Positions 43,940 to 59,457 are shown, numbered from the stretch's first letter. The stretch: 64,000 bases of DNA from Eledone cirrhosa (GCA_964016885.1 OZ024741.1:213218001-213282000), one strand, 5' to 3'. Notes: generated from the sequence alone by a model not told the origin. Translations and numbers: made by a program.

Positions 43940-44850
43940 GTTGCGGTATTGACAGTGATGGTAGTAGTGGTAGTAGTAGCGGTAGTGATGGTGGTAGTAG
44001 TAGTGATAGTGATAGTGGTGGTAGTAGTGGTAGTGATGGTGGTGGTAGGGGTAGTATGAGGGTGGTAGTACTAGTGGTAGTGGTGGTGGTGGTAGTGGTG
44101 GTATGATGGTGGTAGTAGTAATGGCAGTGATGGTGGTAGTAGTAGTGATAGTGATGGTGGTGGTAGTAGTGGTAGTGATGGTGGTGGTAGTTGTGGTATG
44201 ATGGTGGTAGTAATAGTGGTAGTGGTGGTGGTGGTAGTGGTTGTATGATGGTGGTAGTAATAGTGGTAGTGGTGGTGGTGGTAGTGGTGGTATGATGGTG
44301 GTAGTAATAGTGGTAGTGGTGGTGGTGGTATGATGGTGGTAGTAATAGTGGTAGTGGTGGTGGTGGTAGTGGTGGTATGATGGTGGTAGTAATAGTGGTA
44401 GTGGTGGTATGATGGTGGTAGTAGTAATGGCAGTGATGGTGGTGGTAGCAGTGGTATGATGGTGGTAGTAGTAGTGGTATGATGGTGGTAGTAGTAATGG
44501 TAGTGATGGTGGTGGTAGCAGTGGTGTGATGGTGGTAGTAGTAGTGGTAGTGATGGTGGAGGTAGCAGTGGTATGATGGTGGTGGTAGCAGTGGTATGAT
44601 GGTGGTAGTAGTAGTGGTAGTGATGGTGGAGGTAGCAGTGGTATGATGGTGGTGGTAGCAGTGGTATGATGGTGGTAGTAGTAGTGGTAGTGATGGTGGT
44701 GGTGACGGTGGTAGTAATAGCAGTGTTGGTGTTGGTAGTGTTGTTGCTGATGGTTGTGATAATGCTAGTGGAGCTATTAGTGATGCTACTGGTGATGGTG
44801 GTAGTGATAATGGTTGTAGTGGTGTGGGTGCAGTAGCAGTGATGGTGAGC
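43940..44850. repeat. GGT/AGT/GAT triplet minisatellite
   Basis: Directly visible. Confidence 0.95.
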
Positions 44851-44895
44851 TTTATTCAGTTACCGTCTACACAATTTCATACTTCAGCTGAATGT

Positions 44896-44989
<94 letters not shown>

Positions 44990-45074
44990 CAAGGGAAAGC
45001 ATTTATTAACTTGCCATTGAACCACACTTGCATACGGTCGGACTATACTGTCGTATGTGTATTATTTACATGTA

Positions 45075-45665
45075 GGAATCACCAGTCGACCTTTAGGTAC
45101 CCGGACAGACGTTTATCCACGAAACACGCGAGCCAAGTATAGTCCCTCAAGGACTCAAGTATAGACTACTCCATTCAATGGAAAGCCATCACTAAGTCCA
45201 AGACATACGCAAGGGAAAATCCGTCGTGTGGACTATGTATTGATGAACGAATAAATATTCTAAAGATATTATGCAATAGTGGTTGCCTAAACACGAGAAT
45301 TGAATTCTTCACACGTTGTCCACACGTCTCGAAACACCTCTTGCATACATACAAAGCTCCGGATTGAATTACAACAACATCATAATTTTCTTATCAACTA
45401 GATACTTTTCGGACTTTCGCAGTTATCTCCCTTACATCTGTCGCACGCATTTTAGTATTGCCTGTGTGAAGTGACCGGGTTCTGCGCATGCGCGTTCGTA
45501 CGGTTGTTCTTCCTGTTCCGTATAACCATGTTCATTACGAGCTTAGAATCCGCTAAGGTGAAACAATTGTTCTCGGTATGGTGAACTAAATCTTGTGTAA
45601 CCACTTCTACCTAAGTCGGCCCATGGACTGAGTGCTCTACCACTACGGATAGTACCTTTCAAGGT
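45075..45665 (+). mobile_element. PLE 3' fragment (GIY-YIG end + pLTR), same family as 23620-25008
   Basis: Aligns with 24475-25008; decayed HHR at 45538-45575. Confidence 0.88.
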
Positions 45666-46137
45666 ACAGTGTGGAGTGTTTGGAAATATAAGGAAAACAC
45701 AAACAAAGGACATATCCCCTCTTCAGTTGTCTGCTGTGAGTCTCCGACGTTTCGATATATATATATGTATATTGTTATACTTGGGGAAAGTCATATTGTT
45801 ATAATATTGCCAGAAGTAATAACAGAACATACGCACTGTTTGGGTTGGTTTACGTTTCTGTATCTTTTATATCTCCATGGTAAATTTATTGGGCAATCAT
45901 CGTTTATCATTGATTGACCAACGGTTAAAAATACAGATATAAATATATATATATATATATAATTTATCAAAATTCTTTCGTTGCACATCTGCAACATCAT
46001 CAGTGGTACTATTATGTTCCTTCCTATTGTATTGTATGTAATGTCTACGCCATTTTCATTTTATTTATTTATTTTTAACCAAGTATAACAATATTTGTTT
46101 CGAAACACGATTTCATATCAAAAACCTTGCAAAACAA

Positions 46138-46213
<76 letters not shown>

Positions 46214-46239
46214 TAATAATAATAATAATAATATTTATA

Positions 46240-47100
46240 GTTATATATATAGTATAAACAACTATAAACAGGAAGGTCAGTAATTTCTTAATTACCTTAT
46301 TACCAGTAAGAGAAATACCTCAATGTATGAACATCAGTTGTTTTACAGAGCAGTTAAATAAATAAATTATACAATTATCAAAGTTGTGTTCAAATCATTT
46401 AATAGCTGACAATCGTTTCTTCCAAACTCTCGTTCAAATATAGTCTATGAATATGAATTCATTAAGACTAATTTACAATCCATTGCTCTAACTAACTTAA
46501 AATACTCAATATAAACATTAACTAACATTTAATTCAACATATGTCATGGAAAAGTCTGCAAAAACTGTATGTTTCTCAACCCACATTAATCCGAACACCA
46601 TAAACATCCAACATCCACCATAGACTCTAATACATTAACACAATTGCTCTAACTGCAGTATTTATTCATCTTTATATGCATAATAGCTTTGCTTGTCTCC
46701 TTCTCATGTATATGACTTACGCAGTCACACTATCCACACGCCTGCATATGAATTGTTACTGCACTCTTCCTTTCTCAAAACTGCTGCCTCTTTAATATTT
46801 GTTTTAACTGTTGCATGTATTCCACTCCGTGCTTTGATTTTAATTTTAATTTTGATTTGAATTTGAATTTGAATACACTTCTCGTAAAATATGTCACATC
46901 CATTCCTCCCTGTAAATACGAAACTGTTGCTCACAACATCAATTTCTTTGTATCTATATTATTGTTCAGTTGAATAGGAGGTTAATTATATGTGGAAACA
47001 TTGATAATGCTCAGATGACTCCAAACGAGAGTTTGGAAGAAACGATTGTCAGCTATTAGATGATTTGAACACAACTTTGATAATTGTATAATTTATTTAT
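46240..47100 (+). mobile_element. Solo 3'UTR/pLTR of the PLE at 49960-53910, with inverted tail
   Basis: 46436-47100 is the inverse of 50090-50797; 46240-46435 matches 49970-50160; HHR at 47009-47053 (CAGAUGA core). Confidence 0.88.
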
Positions 47101-47114
47101 ATATATATATATAT

Positions 47115-47930
47115 AATTCAGCGAGAATCGTATTTCGGCTGGTAGAAAAAGCGAAACGAAACGCAAAATCGTAGACATGCTGGCAGCTGGCAAGCGCTCA
47201 ATAGTTAAAAATCCAGAGCTAAACAAAATTTTAAAACGCCATACAAACTGAAAAAGTGTTTAAGAAAGCAATAACCACCTAAGCCATAAAACAAATCAAG
47301 CTAAACAGGTCAAACAAAATAAATGATAAATCCTGGAACCATATGGAACTGGTGGTAAAATCCAAATACAGGGTTTCTATAACACCTAAATCAATAATAC
47401 TGTCTGCTGAGAACTAAGCTTTCAGCATAAAGATCGAACAAGGAATATCACGTTATCAACAGGTAATTCTGCTCTGTAACCAGCTTTGCGATGACGCAGA
47501 GCATAGTAAACACACATGCGTAAGTCACAAGGGGAAATTCCCCATATTTTGGCAAAGCAATTCAGTATGTGTATATCATACAAAAAATTGCATAGATAGC
47601 AAAAATCGAATAAGCACTCAACCAGGTAGTTTTAAAAAATAAACGTATGCAATTAATCTGTCAATAGAATTATTAACAGGCTACTTGTAAGACTCGGGAG
47701 ATTAATACAAATATAATTCAGCGAGAATCGTATTTCGGCTGGTAGAAAAAGCGTAACGAAACGCAAAATCGTAGAAATGCTGGCAAGCGCTCAATAGTTA
47801 AAAAACCAAAGCTAAACAATATGTTAAAACGCCATAAAAACTGAAAAAGTGATTAAGAAAGCAATAACCACCTAAGCCAAAAACAAATCAAGCTAAACAA
47901 GTCAAACAAAATAAATGATAAAAACCTGGT
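47115..47930 (-). mobile_element. ~600-bp HHR element (subfamily A), 1.35 tandem units; HHR at 47332-47464
   Basis: 47115-47330 is repeated at 47715-47925; ACCUG-UUGAUAA-c-GUGAUA..UGUUAU-a-GAAA-CCC..GG-UUC^CAGG. Confidence 0.82.
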
Positions 47931-48129
47931 CCCAAATAGAATAAACATATATATTTTTCTTAGACGGTTTAAAACCCTGTATCAGACTAAAATTTCTTTA
48001 GTCAAAATATACGGCGAAAGCTTCTATTTCTAATTTCTAAATCGCTCGCTGTTTCAAACCAACTTATTTGTTATATATATAATACATTCAAAGAGATATA
48101 TGTATATAATTAGACATAGTCACAGATAC

Positions 48130-48456
48130 ATATATGAGTGTGGCTACCTTTCACGGAGTGGCTCAATGAAAAATTAATTAAGTAAATGATTATTAATCAG
48201 AGATATATATAAAATTGCAAGTTTGAAGAATTATTAGATAAAATATATACAGTCTGTCCTCTCCCTAGTCCGTAGAAATCAACCACATAAATAATCATTT
48301 AAACGAGGCTATACGTTTAAAATATAACTATGAAGAAATAATAGACAAATGATACAGACTATCGTTTAAATTATTATTTATGTGGTTGATTTCTACGGAC
48401 TAGGGAGAGGAAATACTGTATATATTTTATCTAATAATTCTTCAAACTTGTAATTT

Positions 48457-48509
<53 letters not shown>

Positions 48510-48850
48510 ACTAGAAATTGATTGACATACATATATATATTTAAAATAAACACATGAAACAATCACAGGGGATAATTTGTAAAGTGTGTAATCACACACA
48601 GCTAGGTAGGTAACTAATTAAAGTTTAACTAGATCTTCAAAAAATGATTAATACTCCTTGTATATATTTCTTTAATGAAATATATACAAGGAGGATTAAT
48701 CATTTTTTAAAAGGTAATATTTGAAGCTCTAGTTAAACTTTAATTAGTTACCTACCTAGTTGTGTGTGATTACACACTTTACAAATTATCCCCTGTGATT
48801 GTTTCATGTGTTTATTTTAAATATATGTCAATCAATTTCTAGTTGATATA
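48130..48850. repeat. Two adjacent fold-back elements
   Basis: Inverted arms 48205-48305 / 48363-48462 and 48503-48670 / 48677-48850. Confidence 0.85.
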
Positions 48851-49744
48851 AAATGCTCGGATCTATTCATTGGAATCTTTGAGCTTATTCTACAGTGCAT
48901 ATGGCGCATGTCTCGGACATGACTCCTTTAATTTAATTTAATTAAATCTATTTCGCATATATATATATATATTTATATATAAAGAGGAAAATATCATTCT
49001 GTCATTACCACAACAGAAGTCCGACAAAGTTTTGATTCCAGAGTCGTGTCAGACCGATACAGATAAAATGTTGGGCTAATCAATAGCGAAACGTGTGTCA
49101 CTACTCAAATAAACGAATTCTGCTTATTAATGAAATTTGGTAGACGGTAACTCACTATAGCCGCCCATCACTGCCACTGCAACCACACAATAATTAACTC
49201 CGTACTCGCACCACCAACAACGCAAACGAACACGGGTGGGTTGCATTACGTCGGGTGCTCTCCCTAATATTACATCGACGTTGACCATACGGAATGACCA
49301 GTCCCATCCAATGGTGAACCAACAATTCTGAATCAATATATATATATATATATATACATATAAAGGTTTACATATATATATAAAGTCATAAATATATATG
49401 TGTTTTGCAACGGGTCACTTTGTGGCTCAATGAAGAATTAATAAACTAAATAATCAGAGCTATATATCATAAAACCTGTCTATAGAATCACCAGAAAAAA
49501 TATATACCGTTTCCTCTCCCAATTAGCATAATTAACCATATAAAAAATCAATTAGACCAAACTATAAGAATAAAGGCTCCTATGAAGAAATCTCCGACAA
49601 ATAACCGAAAGCAGCCCCTTCGCGGCGGTTACGACGGATCATTTATCGAATATTTCGACAGCATGTATGAATCGACCAGATATACAGTCAACTAAACAGA
49701 ATTAGGTGTAAAATAAATTAGAAAAAAGTGTACATATTTAATTA

Positions 49745-49820
49745 CCGCTACCATGGTTTCATCCGCATTTTAAGACATCCGATAACATATGATATCTAGA
49801 GCTTCGGATTCTTCAGGAAG
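49745..49820 (-). ncRNA. Hammerhead motif within the 49400-49930 element
   Basis: CUGAAGA-AUCCG..CGGAU-GAAA-C-CAUG-G-UA; helix I eroded; flanked by inverted repeat 49629-49662 / 49883-49916. Confidence 0.65.
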
Positions 49821-49959
49821 TTAGCTCAAATTTAGACAATTAATTTTCCAAAGTGATCGCGCCAAGAATACATTCAAAAATGGCTGTCGAAATATTCGAT
49901 AAATGATCCGTCGTAATGTTTTATGATATATATATATATATGTATAATAATAATAATAC

Positions 49960-52900
49960 TATTTGTAGTTATGTATATAGTATAAACATCCACAAACAGG
50001 AAGGTCAGTAATTTCTTAATAACCTTATTACCAGTAAGGAAAATAGCTCAATGTATGAACATCAGCTGTTTTACAGAGCAGTTAAATCAATAAATTATAC
50101 AATTATCAAAGTTGTGTTCAAATCATTTAATAGCTGACAATCGTTTCTTCCAAACTCGCGTTTGGAATCATCGGAGCATTATCAATGTTTGCACATATAA
50201 TTCACCTCTTATACAACTGAACAATAATATAGATACATATAAATTGATGTTGTGAGCAACAGTTTCGTATTTACAGAGATGGATGGCTGCGACATATATT
50301 TTACGAGAATTGTACCATAATTGTACAAGCATTCAAGTTCAAATTAAAATTAAATCAAAATCAAAATCAAAAGTAAAAGCACGGAGTGGAATACATGCAA
50401 CAGTTAAAACAAGGGAACAGTCCAAATATTAAAGAGGCATTGAGGAAGCAGTTTTGAGAAAGGAAGAGTGCGATAACAATTCATATGCAGGCATGTGGAT
50501 ATTGTGACTGCGTAGGTCATATAGATGAGAAGGAGACAAGCCAAGCTATTATGAATATATAGATGAATAAATACTGCAGTTAGAGCAATTGTGTTAATGT
50601 ATTAGAGTTTATGGTGGGTGTTGGATGTTTATGGTATTTGAATTAATGTGTGTTGAGAAAATTACAGTTTTTGCAGACTTTTCCATGACATATGTTGAAA
50701 TAAACTTTAGTTGGTGTTTATATTCAGTCATTTAAGTTAGTTAGAGCAATGGATTGTAAATTAGTCTTAATGAATTCATATTCATAGACTATATTTGATC
50801 AACCGTTAAATTTTCAATCGTTAATTTCCGGAAGTGAATAAGGGGAGCTAATGCGTAAGGGGAGGTAACTAGCTAATTAAGTTCAGTTCAGTTATTAAAA
50901 TTATTTGTTCTAATACACAATATAATGTGATACCATTGGATCTCTGTTACTTAACCCTGTATATTTATGCCTGATTTTACAATATAGTGTATTCTACTAT
51001 CATACATTAAAGGTTTCTTAAGTTGTTATCTATTCATTCCTGGACAAGGTGTATCTCATGAAGGATTATACAGCTGTTAATATATCATAATAGATCTGCT
51101 ACATGTGTAATAACATCATCCCTAACGTAGAATGCTATCACATTTTATATTTAATTATAAATGCATATATTATGTTGTGCAATTTACTCATTTACTCATA
51201 CAACCATAAATGCACATATAGTCCATCATACATTTCATTAAATGTCTCTACATACCAAGTGCCAAATATGCATTACCGCATATGATATAATTAATCTATT
51301 GTAGCTATATCACAAGGTGGTAACTCTGTCTAATTCTAACTGTTATTGCAGTGCATAAGGTTATAGATGAATAGGAGTTGTGTAGCGGAAAGAGTTGATC
51401 GAGGGGTTTGTGGTTGTGGGTGCTACTAAGTCCTAGATGTGTAGTGTTAATGGTGGTGGGGGATTCAAATCTGACATTGTTGTATACTAACAGCTACGTT
51501 TAAAGTTATGGAACGTGTGTCGGTACCGGTGTTGGCACGAGGAAAATGTCTCTGACTTTCTATTAAGGAGATCTAGTTTCGAAAAGATGGGTCTCCAGAT
51601 GGCAAAGATTACACAATTTATTCGGTGGTTTATACGATGAGGCACTACCTACTACTTGCCATTGCAGTGTAAATAGTCTATTCCTAGTTTTCAGAGAGTG
51701 TATGTAGGTAGATAAAGAAGTGGAGCTGGCTAGATTGTGTTTTTTGAAAGAGTAGAGGTGCGAGTTGTATCTCGTCTTGAAATTGTTCGAAGTAGAACCT
51801 ATATATGTTTTAGACGAGTTGTTTGCGTTGACGATGTCGTTGACGATGAGTATATGATGTCTTTGGTTAAGCAATTATTACCTAAGGGGCAAGTTCTATT
51901 AGTTCTACAGTTACATTTATTCTATGTTGTGAAGAATTCTGGTTGCTAGGGGTAGCATTAGGGTAATGATGCTTATCATTCGTATTGTTATTGGTTTCAT
52001 TAGTGCTATTATCTTTATCACCATTATTACTACCATTGTTTACAGGTGCTAAGTTTACCCCTGTTGTATTTTAATTAGTTGGAAATAGCTGTTAATCTTC
52101 CTTTTATTACTACTAGTTATATGGTATGCTATGTTAAGTGTGGTGGAGTACGATATTTTAATTGTATTTTTATTGATAAGGCTATGGTACTTGTGGCCGC
52201 TTGGGATGTTTTTTCTAAGATTAAGAAGACAGCCTTAGGCAAGTTGGTAGAGACGTTTAGATTGAAAGGGGTATTGAAGAACGTATTAGTTCTCCTTCTA
52301 TTTTTGTTTATAGTATTGTTTTTTTATGTATTTATATTCATGTTTGTATTATTATTGTGGTGTTTACTTTGGTGCGGGTTAAGTTTGGTATCAGTCTTCT
52401 TCTTAGAGTTATAGTGGCTATTGTTTTTACTATCTTTCCTCATGGCCATATTATGAGAAATAATGTTGTAACTGTGTGATTTTATAGGTAGGAATTCAAT
52501 CTCATTCTTATATCCTGATTTAGCTAAGGCCTCATTATAGTATTGTGAATTATTGTTGAATATAGTTTTATTATATGATAGATTAGATATTCTATTAGAT
52601 ATTCCTTTGGTGATGGAGCTTAATATGGATTTAGGGTGGTTAGAATTGGTGCTCACATAAATTAGTTTTTCGTTAGGTTTATGATAGGGTGTGTATATTC
52701 TAGAGTGTAGGCTAAGGGTAGCGCCAAGGAAGTTGATGTTTTTATTGTTTTTATCTAAGGTGATACTTAAATTGTATTTTTTGAAAATTTTGTGTAACTG
52801 TTTCCTAGATTTTTCTATATTAAATTTGTTATAGTCTATAAGAAGAAGCGCATCATCACTGTATAAACCACCGTTGAGGTAGGGTAGGTTCTTGTGGATT

Positions 52901-53910
52901 TCATTAAGTAAGTATAGGCCCACCAAATCGGTGACCTGCGCCGAGCCACTAGATCCCATGGTTATGTCAAAGTTGTTATGCGTATCCTTGCGGGTCAATA
53001 ATTGATCTTCAAAAGAAATTATGGTTTTTCGGGCCGCAAGTATGACATCAATTTGGGATCTAGTCAGGTCACTATTGTTCATGGCCATAATTAGAGCCTT
53101 ATTTAATAGGATAGGGGAAATAGAGGTGTAGTATGAATTGATATCAAATTGTATACATTTTCTTTTTATACTCTTTAATACACTTGAACCATTCAATAAT
53201 CTCACCCGTATTTCCCCATTCGTTAAGGTAAATTTTGTGCTTAAATTGTGGGATGATTTTATCTAATATTTTCTTGCTGATAATACCAATGTCAGACTTG
53301 AGAGGGCAAATCAGTCTAATTGAAGGGTTACTAATGAAGTCTTCCTTATGGTCCTTCAGAGAGAATTGTGGGGGATTAGGGGTGTATGGCTGTGTATGTC
53401 TCTGAAGTCCTAATGTACTCACTATATTACGGCCTTCAATATTTATATCTTCCAGGTTTTTAGTAGTAGTTTTCTTGTAGCTCTTATGCAGTTCCTTATA
53501 TATAAAATTTCTATAAGTATCGTAATCTAAGCTATATATATTATTAGTTTTATCTGCATGCACTATGATTTTTCTATTTTCATTAAATCCTTTAATAGTG
53601 GAGTTAAGGTAGTTTTAAAAGGTGCTGTTTCTATTATGATGCTTTTTGTATTATATGTTCTTAACTAGTTTAATTAGATCATCTTCAAATGAATTTAATA
53701 ATGTGTTGTGGGGAGGGCTTTTAAATGTTTTAAATACGAAACTGTTGCTCACAACATCAATTTATATGTACCTATATTATTGTTCAGTTGTATAGGAGGT
53801 GAATTATATGTGCAAACATTGATAATGCTCCGATGACCCCAAACGAGAGTTTGGAAGAAACGATTGTCAGCTATTAAATGATTTGAACACAACTTTGATA
53901 ATTGTAGTTT
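49960..53910 (-). mobile_element. Penelope-like retroelement with 3' pLTR and inverted 5' pLTR
   Basis: ADKTNNIY, LKDHKEDFISNPSIRLICP, QFDINSYYTSI, FDITMGS, GLYSDDAL, YIGSTSNNFKTRY, CNLC; 53731-53910 is the inverse of 50090-50272. Confidence 0.93.
50133..50177 (-). ncRNA. Minimal hammerhead with C4 core (inverse copy at 53827-53871)
   Basis: GCU-CCGAUGA-u-UCCAAAC.GCGA.GUUUGGA-a-GAAA-C-GAUU-G-UC^AGC. Confidence 0.75.
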
Positions 53911-53960
53911 ATTGATATATATATATATATATTTATTACAGTCTTCAATTTTATTATTAT

Positions 53961-54015
<55 letters not shown>

Positions 54016-54777
54016 TATATATATATAGAGAGAGAGAGAGAAAGAGAAAGAGAAAAAGAAAAAGAGAGAGATAGGGAGAGAGAGTGTGTATGTGGGGGAG
54101 GGAGATACATTTGGCTTTCTCTTACAGTAAGTCGACCAACAATATAGAGCCTCCATTAGCCACGTTGGGAATATAATGGCAAGGGCCATAACTCTTTGCT
54201 ACAAAGCACGGCGTCCGACCCTCTACCGATACTACCAATCCACCGACTATAATTGTTTCTACTTTTGGCACACGACCAGCAATTACCCAGTGCATTACTG
54301 GTACTTTATTTTATCGACCCCGTAAGGATGAAAGGCAAAGTTAACCTCGGCGGGATTTGAACTCAGAATGGCAAGAGCCACAACTCTATGCGTCAAAGCA
54401 TGGCGTCCGACCCTCTACCGATACTGCAAATCCACAATCCAACGAATATAATGTGAGGTCGCACCCGTTGTTTCACCAGATACAGATTAATTATTCATAC
54501 GTTCGTTTTATTAGCTGTTTAATAAAAAAACGCTACATAATTCATTAATATTCATTTTTAGCTTGAAACCTAATCAACTGTAAAATTATGCACTGACATT
54601 TTTGAATGAAATAGGAGTGTGTAAATAAGCGAAAGACAGGGGAGAGAGAGAGAGAGAAGGAGGGAGAGAGAGTGAGGCAGAGAAAGCGAGAGAGAGGGAG
54701 AGAGAGATAGAGAGAATGAGTGAGAGGTAGAGAGAGAGGAGTGAGAGAGAGAGTGAAGGAGGGAGAGAGGGAGAGAA

Positions 54778-54820
<43 letters not shown>

Positions 54821-55702
54821 AGAAGGGAAAGAAGGAGCGAGATAGGGAGAGAGGTGGAGAGAAAGAGAGAGAGGGGTAGTGAGAGAGGTTGAAGGAATGA
54901 GAGGGACTGAGATAGAAAAAGAGAGGGAAGCCCTCAGTACTTCACTGGTATTTTAGTTTGAGATTTAATAGTCCGTTAAATTATGCGTTGACATTTATTA
55001 ATAAGATAAGAGAATGTTAATAACAGTGGGTGAGAGAGAGAAGGGAGAGAGAGAATGACTTCCGTACTTGACTGTTACTATAGAAGAGAAGGCCAGGAGA
55101 GAGAGAGATTAACCCTGGTACTTGGCTGGTACTTCATCTTGAATCTATTAAATTACGTAAACAATGCCATCGTGAATAAAGAGAGTACAAATGATGATAA
55201 GAAAGTCATTTGGTTACTGAGTAATGGAAAGAAGGAGAGGGGTGGAGCGAGAAAGGGGAAGAAGAGGGAAATGAGAGAGATTGAAAGACAAACAGACAGA
55301 CAAACAGCTAGACAGGGATAGAAATGCCGAATTATTAACCCCAGGACTCTACTGGTACATTATTTATTCACTCATGAAGTATAAAACAAAGGTGAAACCA
55401 TTGAGTTTTTAACGTATCGTATATATGTACACAGCTGCTCTTAGCACCTGACATAACTAAATTGGCGCCGAGATGTCATTAAAACAAGGCGAAGCCTACC
55501 ATTCTTCAGGCCGGAAGAGGCAAATTGTTCCAGAAAATAAGAGTGAGAGATAGATGAGGAAGAACCGATCCCATAATTTGGCCGATATTTCATTTATTGA
55601 GTTTACCTCGACTAGGGTTCGTCACAAAGAGCACAGAATCAAATTCTGCAATGGATCCTAGCCGACTTCTCTAAACTACGCTGTCAAATGAATATATATA
55701 TT

Positions 55703-55796
<94 letters not shown>

Positions 55797-55849
55797 CGTG
55801 TGCGCGCGTGCGTGCGTGTATCTGTGTGCGTGTGTGTGTGTACATATGT

Positions 55850-57130
55850 AAATTGCTCGCATGGGATTTGCATCAGGTATCGCACTTCAAGAAGGTTGTT
55901 CAACATCAGGCGCTTTGGTGCAAGTACAAAGATATTAACATCTATAATCCGAGAGTTTCGTATGCAGATGACTGCAATCTTTTTGCACAATCACATATGA
56001 ACTCTTTTTCTGAAGCTTGCAGCGCTTTGGGCTTCATAATAAGCTTGGAAAAGAGTGTTGTGATGCACCAGCTAGCACCTGGGAAAGAATACACTACACC
56101 AAGTGTGTACGTGTACGGAAAGAGGCTAAATGTTGCTGACAAGTTTGTTTACATTGGAGGTACGTTGAACAATTCATGCACATTTGATGATGAGATATCC
56201 TTAAGAATCAAGAAAGCCAGTGATGCTTTTAGACGGCTGAATGAACGTTTATGGCCCAGACGAGGTATCACCATTGAAACCAAGGTAAAAGTGTATCTGA
56301 CTTGTCTTGTCTCCTCTTTGCTTTATGCTTGTGAAACGTGGGTCACGTACAGAAAGCCCCTCAAGGAACTGAAGAGGTCTCACCAACAATCTCTTCGTAA
56401 GATACTTTTTGGGTGCGATGGAAAATGTTCGCCAGTGATTTGGAAGTTCTCGAACGGAGCAGGTGCATGAGTATAGAGAGCATGGTCTTTGGGCATCGGT
56501 TGAAGTGGTGCGGTCACGTGGTGCGGATGTTTGATGATCATATTCCAAAGCAACTTCTCTACGGAGAACTGTGTGAAGGAAGGCGACCACCACACCAACC
56601 AACCAACCAACCCCTGTCTGTGACAGGGGCACCTTGGCTTGTGCTAGAATTTCATCTGACGAATGGCAGAAAAAACATGAGGAGCGTGTGAAATGGAGAC
56701 GTTTGATCAAGTTAGGAAGTGATCTCTTTGAAACTCTTCCAATGGAACACCAAACACCGAAAAGGAAGATGAGGAAAACTGACTGTCCTGAACTGCCTAC
56801 TGTTGAGCAACAACTGGTTTGGCAGTACTGTGGTCGAGTCTGTCTGGGCAAAGCTGGACCGATTATGAACAACGCCATACCAATAGAGCTCATGTAGATT
56901 ACGAACAGCATGATCTGAAAAGGTGTAGGGAATGTGGCAAAAAATGTGCAAGTATTGAAGACCTTAAAGACATATGGGAACGCATAGTCAGAACCAAGAA
57001 GTAGAAAGTCCCAGAGGAGTCTACAGTTGCCATGTATGTGCCAAAGGGTGGAAGTGTTTGGGTGGTTTGAAAAGCAACATACGTGCCCCACATTTTGTAG
57101 CAACTTATCAGCTGACGTCAATGCTCAAAC
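55850..57130 (+). mobile_element. RTE-clade LINE 3' portion (RT C-terminus + Zn-finger-like tail), decayed
   Basis: YADDC at 55961, KFVYIGGTL, LLYACETW, LKWCGHVVRM..IPKQLLYGEL, CRECGKKC. Confidence 0.9.
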
Positions 57131-57906
57131 ATGAGTTTGCGGCCATCACATCATGTATGTATGCATGTGAATATATATGAATATAGCTTTAGATGATCCC
57201 GTAAGAGGGTGAAAACAGAAAATCTTTGTTAAAACTTTAAACTGTACTAATGATAAATATTTGCTCTACGGGTTTATATATAAGAAAAATGGAGTGCTGC
57301 GTGGTTGCACATGGGTTACATATGAAGAAAATTAGTCCTTCATCAGTGTTCTTCCAACCTTCATTGGTATTTCATCGCTTTAAAAATCATATACCTCTGG
57401 TTGGTGCGAGCAAGAACTAAATAAAGTTATTGGCACAAGTAAAATAGCGTGAAGCGACCGAGACAGGTAAACAAACAAAGATGGTATTGTAACGGAAAGA
57501 TAGGAAGAGACAAGTACATGATATCTATAAACTTAAGCTTGGTGAAATCATGGACGAGAGATACAGACCATCCGACATGGGTGAGATGTGAGCGAGAAAA
57601 GGATTTCACACAGGTCAAACGGGAGGAAGTGAGAGAGGGGGAGAAGGAGAGAGTGAGTGAGTGGAAGTGTGAGGAAGAGGATATATATATATATATAAAT
57701 GGAAAAAATGAAATTGAAATTGAAATTTCTCACTCTTAGTACGGCTGATACTTAAATGTAAGTATGTATACGTACATACATATATGTACATACATATATA
57801 TACATACATGGTGTACATCTGTATACATATATGTATGTACGTATACATACTTACATTTATATATATATATATTTATTAAAATAACAGATTAAAGTTTAAG
57901 CATGTA

Positions 57907-57955
<49 letters not shown>

Positions 57956-57985
57956 TAAAATAACAGATTAAAGTTTAAGCATGTA

Positions 57986-58028
<43 letters not shown>

Positions 58029-58044
58029 TAAAATAACAGATTAA

Positions 58045-58095
58045 AGTTTAAGCAAAGAATCGCTGCTTTCACCCTTAACGGGATCTTCTGAAACT
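58045..58095 (-). ncRNA. Hammerhead motif with A4 (decayed homolog at 57185-57236)
   Basis: AGUUU-CAGAAGA-u-CCC.guuaa.GGG-u-GAAA-GCA..UGC-UU^AAACU. Confidence 0.6.
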
Positions 58096-58214
58096 AACAA
58101 AGTCAATCTGTAAACGCAGAACTGGATATTTCAAAAAACGTTGCAACCGGAGGAAGACAGGAAGACGATACTTTGGTTCGTGGTAACGTTCGCTGGCATT
58201 CATACATATATACA

Positions 58215-58369
<155 letters not shown>

Positions 58370-58631
58370 TTGTGTGTGTGTATATTTTCTGCATGATTGA
58401 GACTTGATTCCTTCGTTTGATGTTCTAAGTACCTGATGAATTTGAACGAATGAAGCAGTTCTATTTGAAATAAATATTTAGTTGTGTGAGGTGTATTATT
58501 TAACTAGGATTCCATTTCTTTCCTCTTACAAATATCATTCTTTAATCGTATATATACATATAGATATATAGATACACAGATAGGTAAATAGATAAATATA
58601 GACATACACACACACACTCACATAACTATAT

Positions 58632-59012
<381 letters not shown>

Positions 59013-59105
59013 ACACTACTCCGGAGTAACCAAACCAACCTGCGCACTTCGTCGAGTGCTCCAGCCTGCATACTGAGGTGTTGGTATACAACCAACATAA
59101 ACTCA

Positions 59106-59137
<32 letters not shown>

Positions 59138-59167
59138 AAATGTGTGTAATCCTTGGTACAGTTAGGT

Positions 59168-59406
59168 ATATTAAGACAGGGGGGAAGAAAAAATGGCTTC
59201 ACTTGTGCTTTCAACAAATTTATTTTCTTCACAAAATCCAAAAATAATTTTTTTCCGGATTAGAAAAAAATTTTAATTTATAAAATAATTTTTTTTAAGA
59301 AAAAAAAATTTTTTTTTCTAATCCGGAAAAAAATTATTTTTGGATTTTGTGAAGAAAATAAATTTGTTGAAAGCACAAGTGAAGCCATTTTTTCTTCCCC
59401 CCTGTC

Positions 59407-59412
<6 letters not shown>
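59168..59412. repeat. Near-perfect ~105-bp-arm palindrome
   Basis: 59168-59272 is the inverse of 59307-59412. Confidence 0.9.

Positions 59413-59457
<45 letters not shown>

Noticed and set aside
45715-45755. GAAACGUC followed by CUGAAGA on the minus strand (type II-like order)
   Set aside because: The intervening sequence does not form helix I and no helix II partner is found; at most a scrambled remnant.
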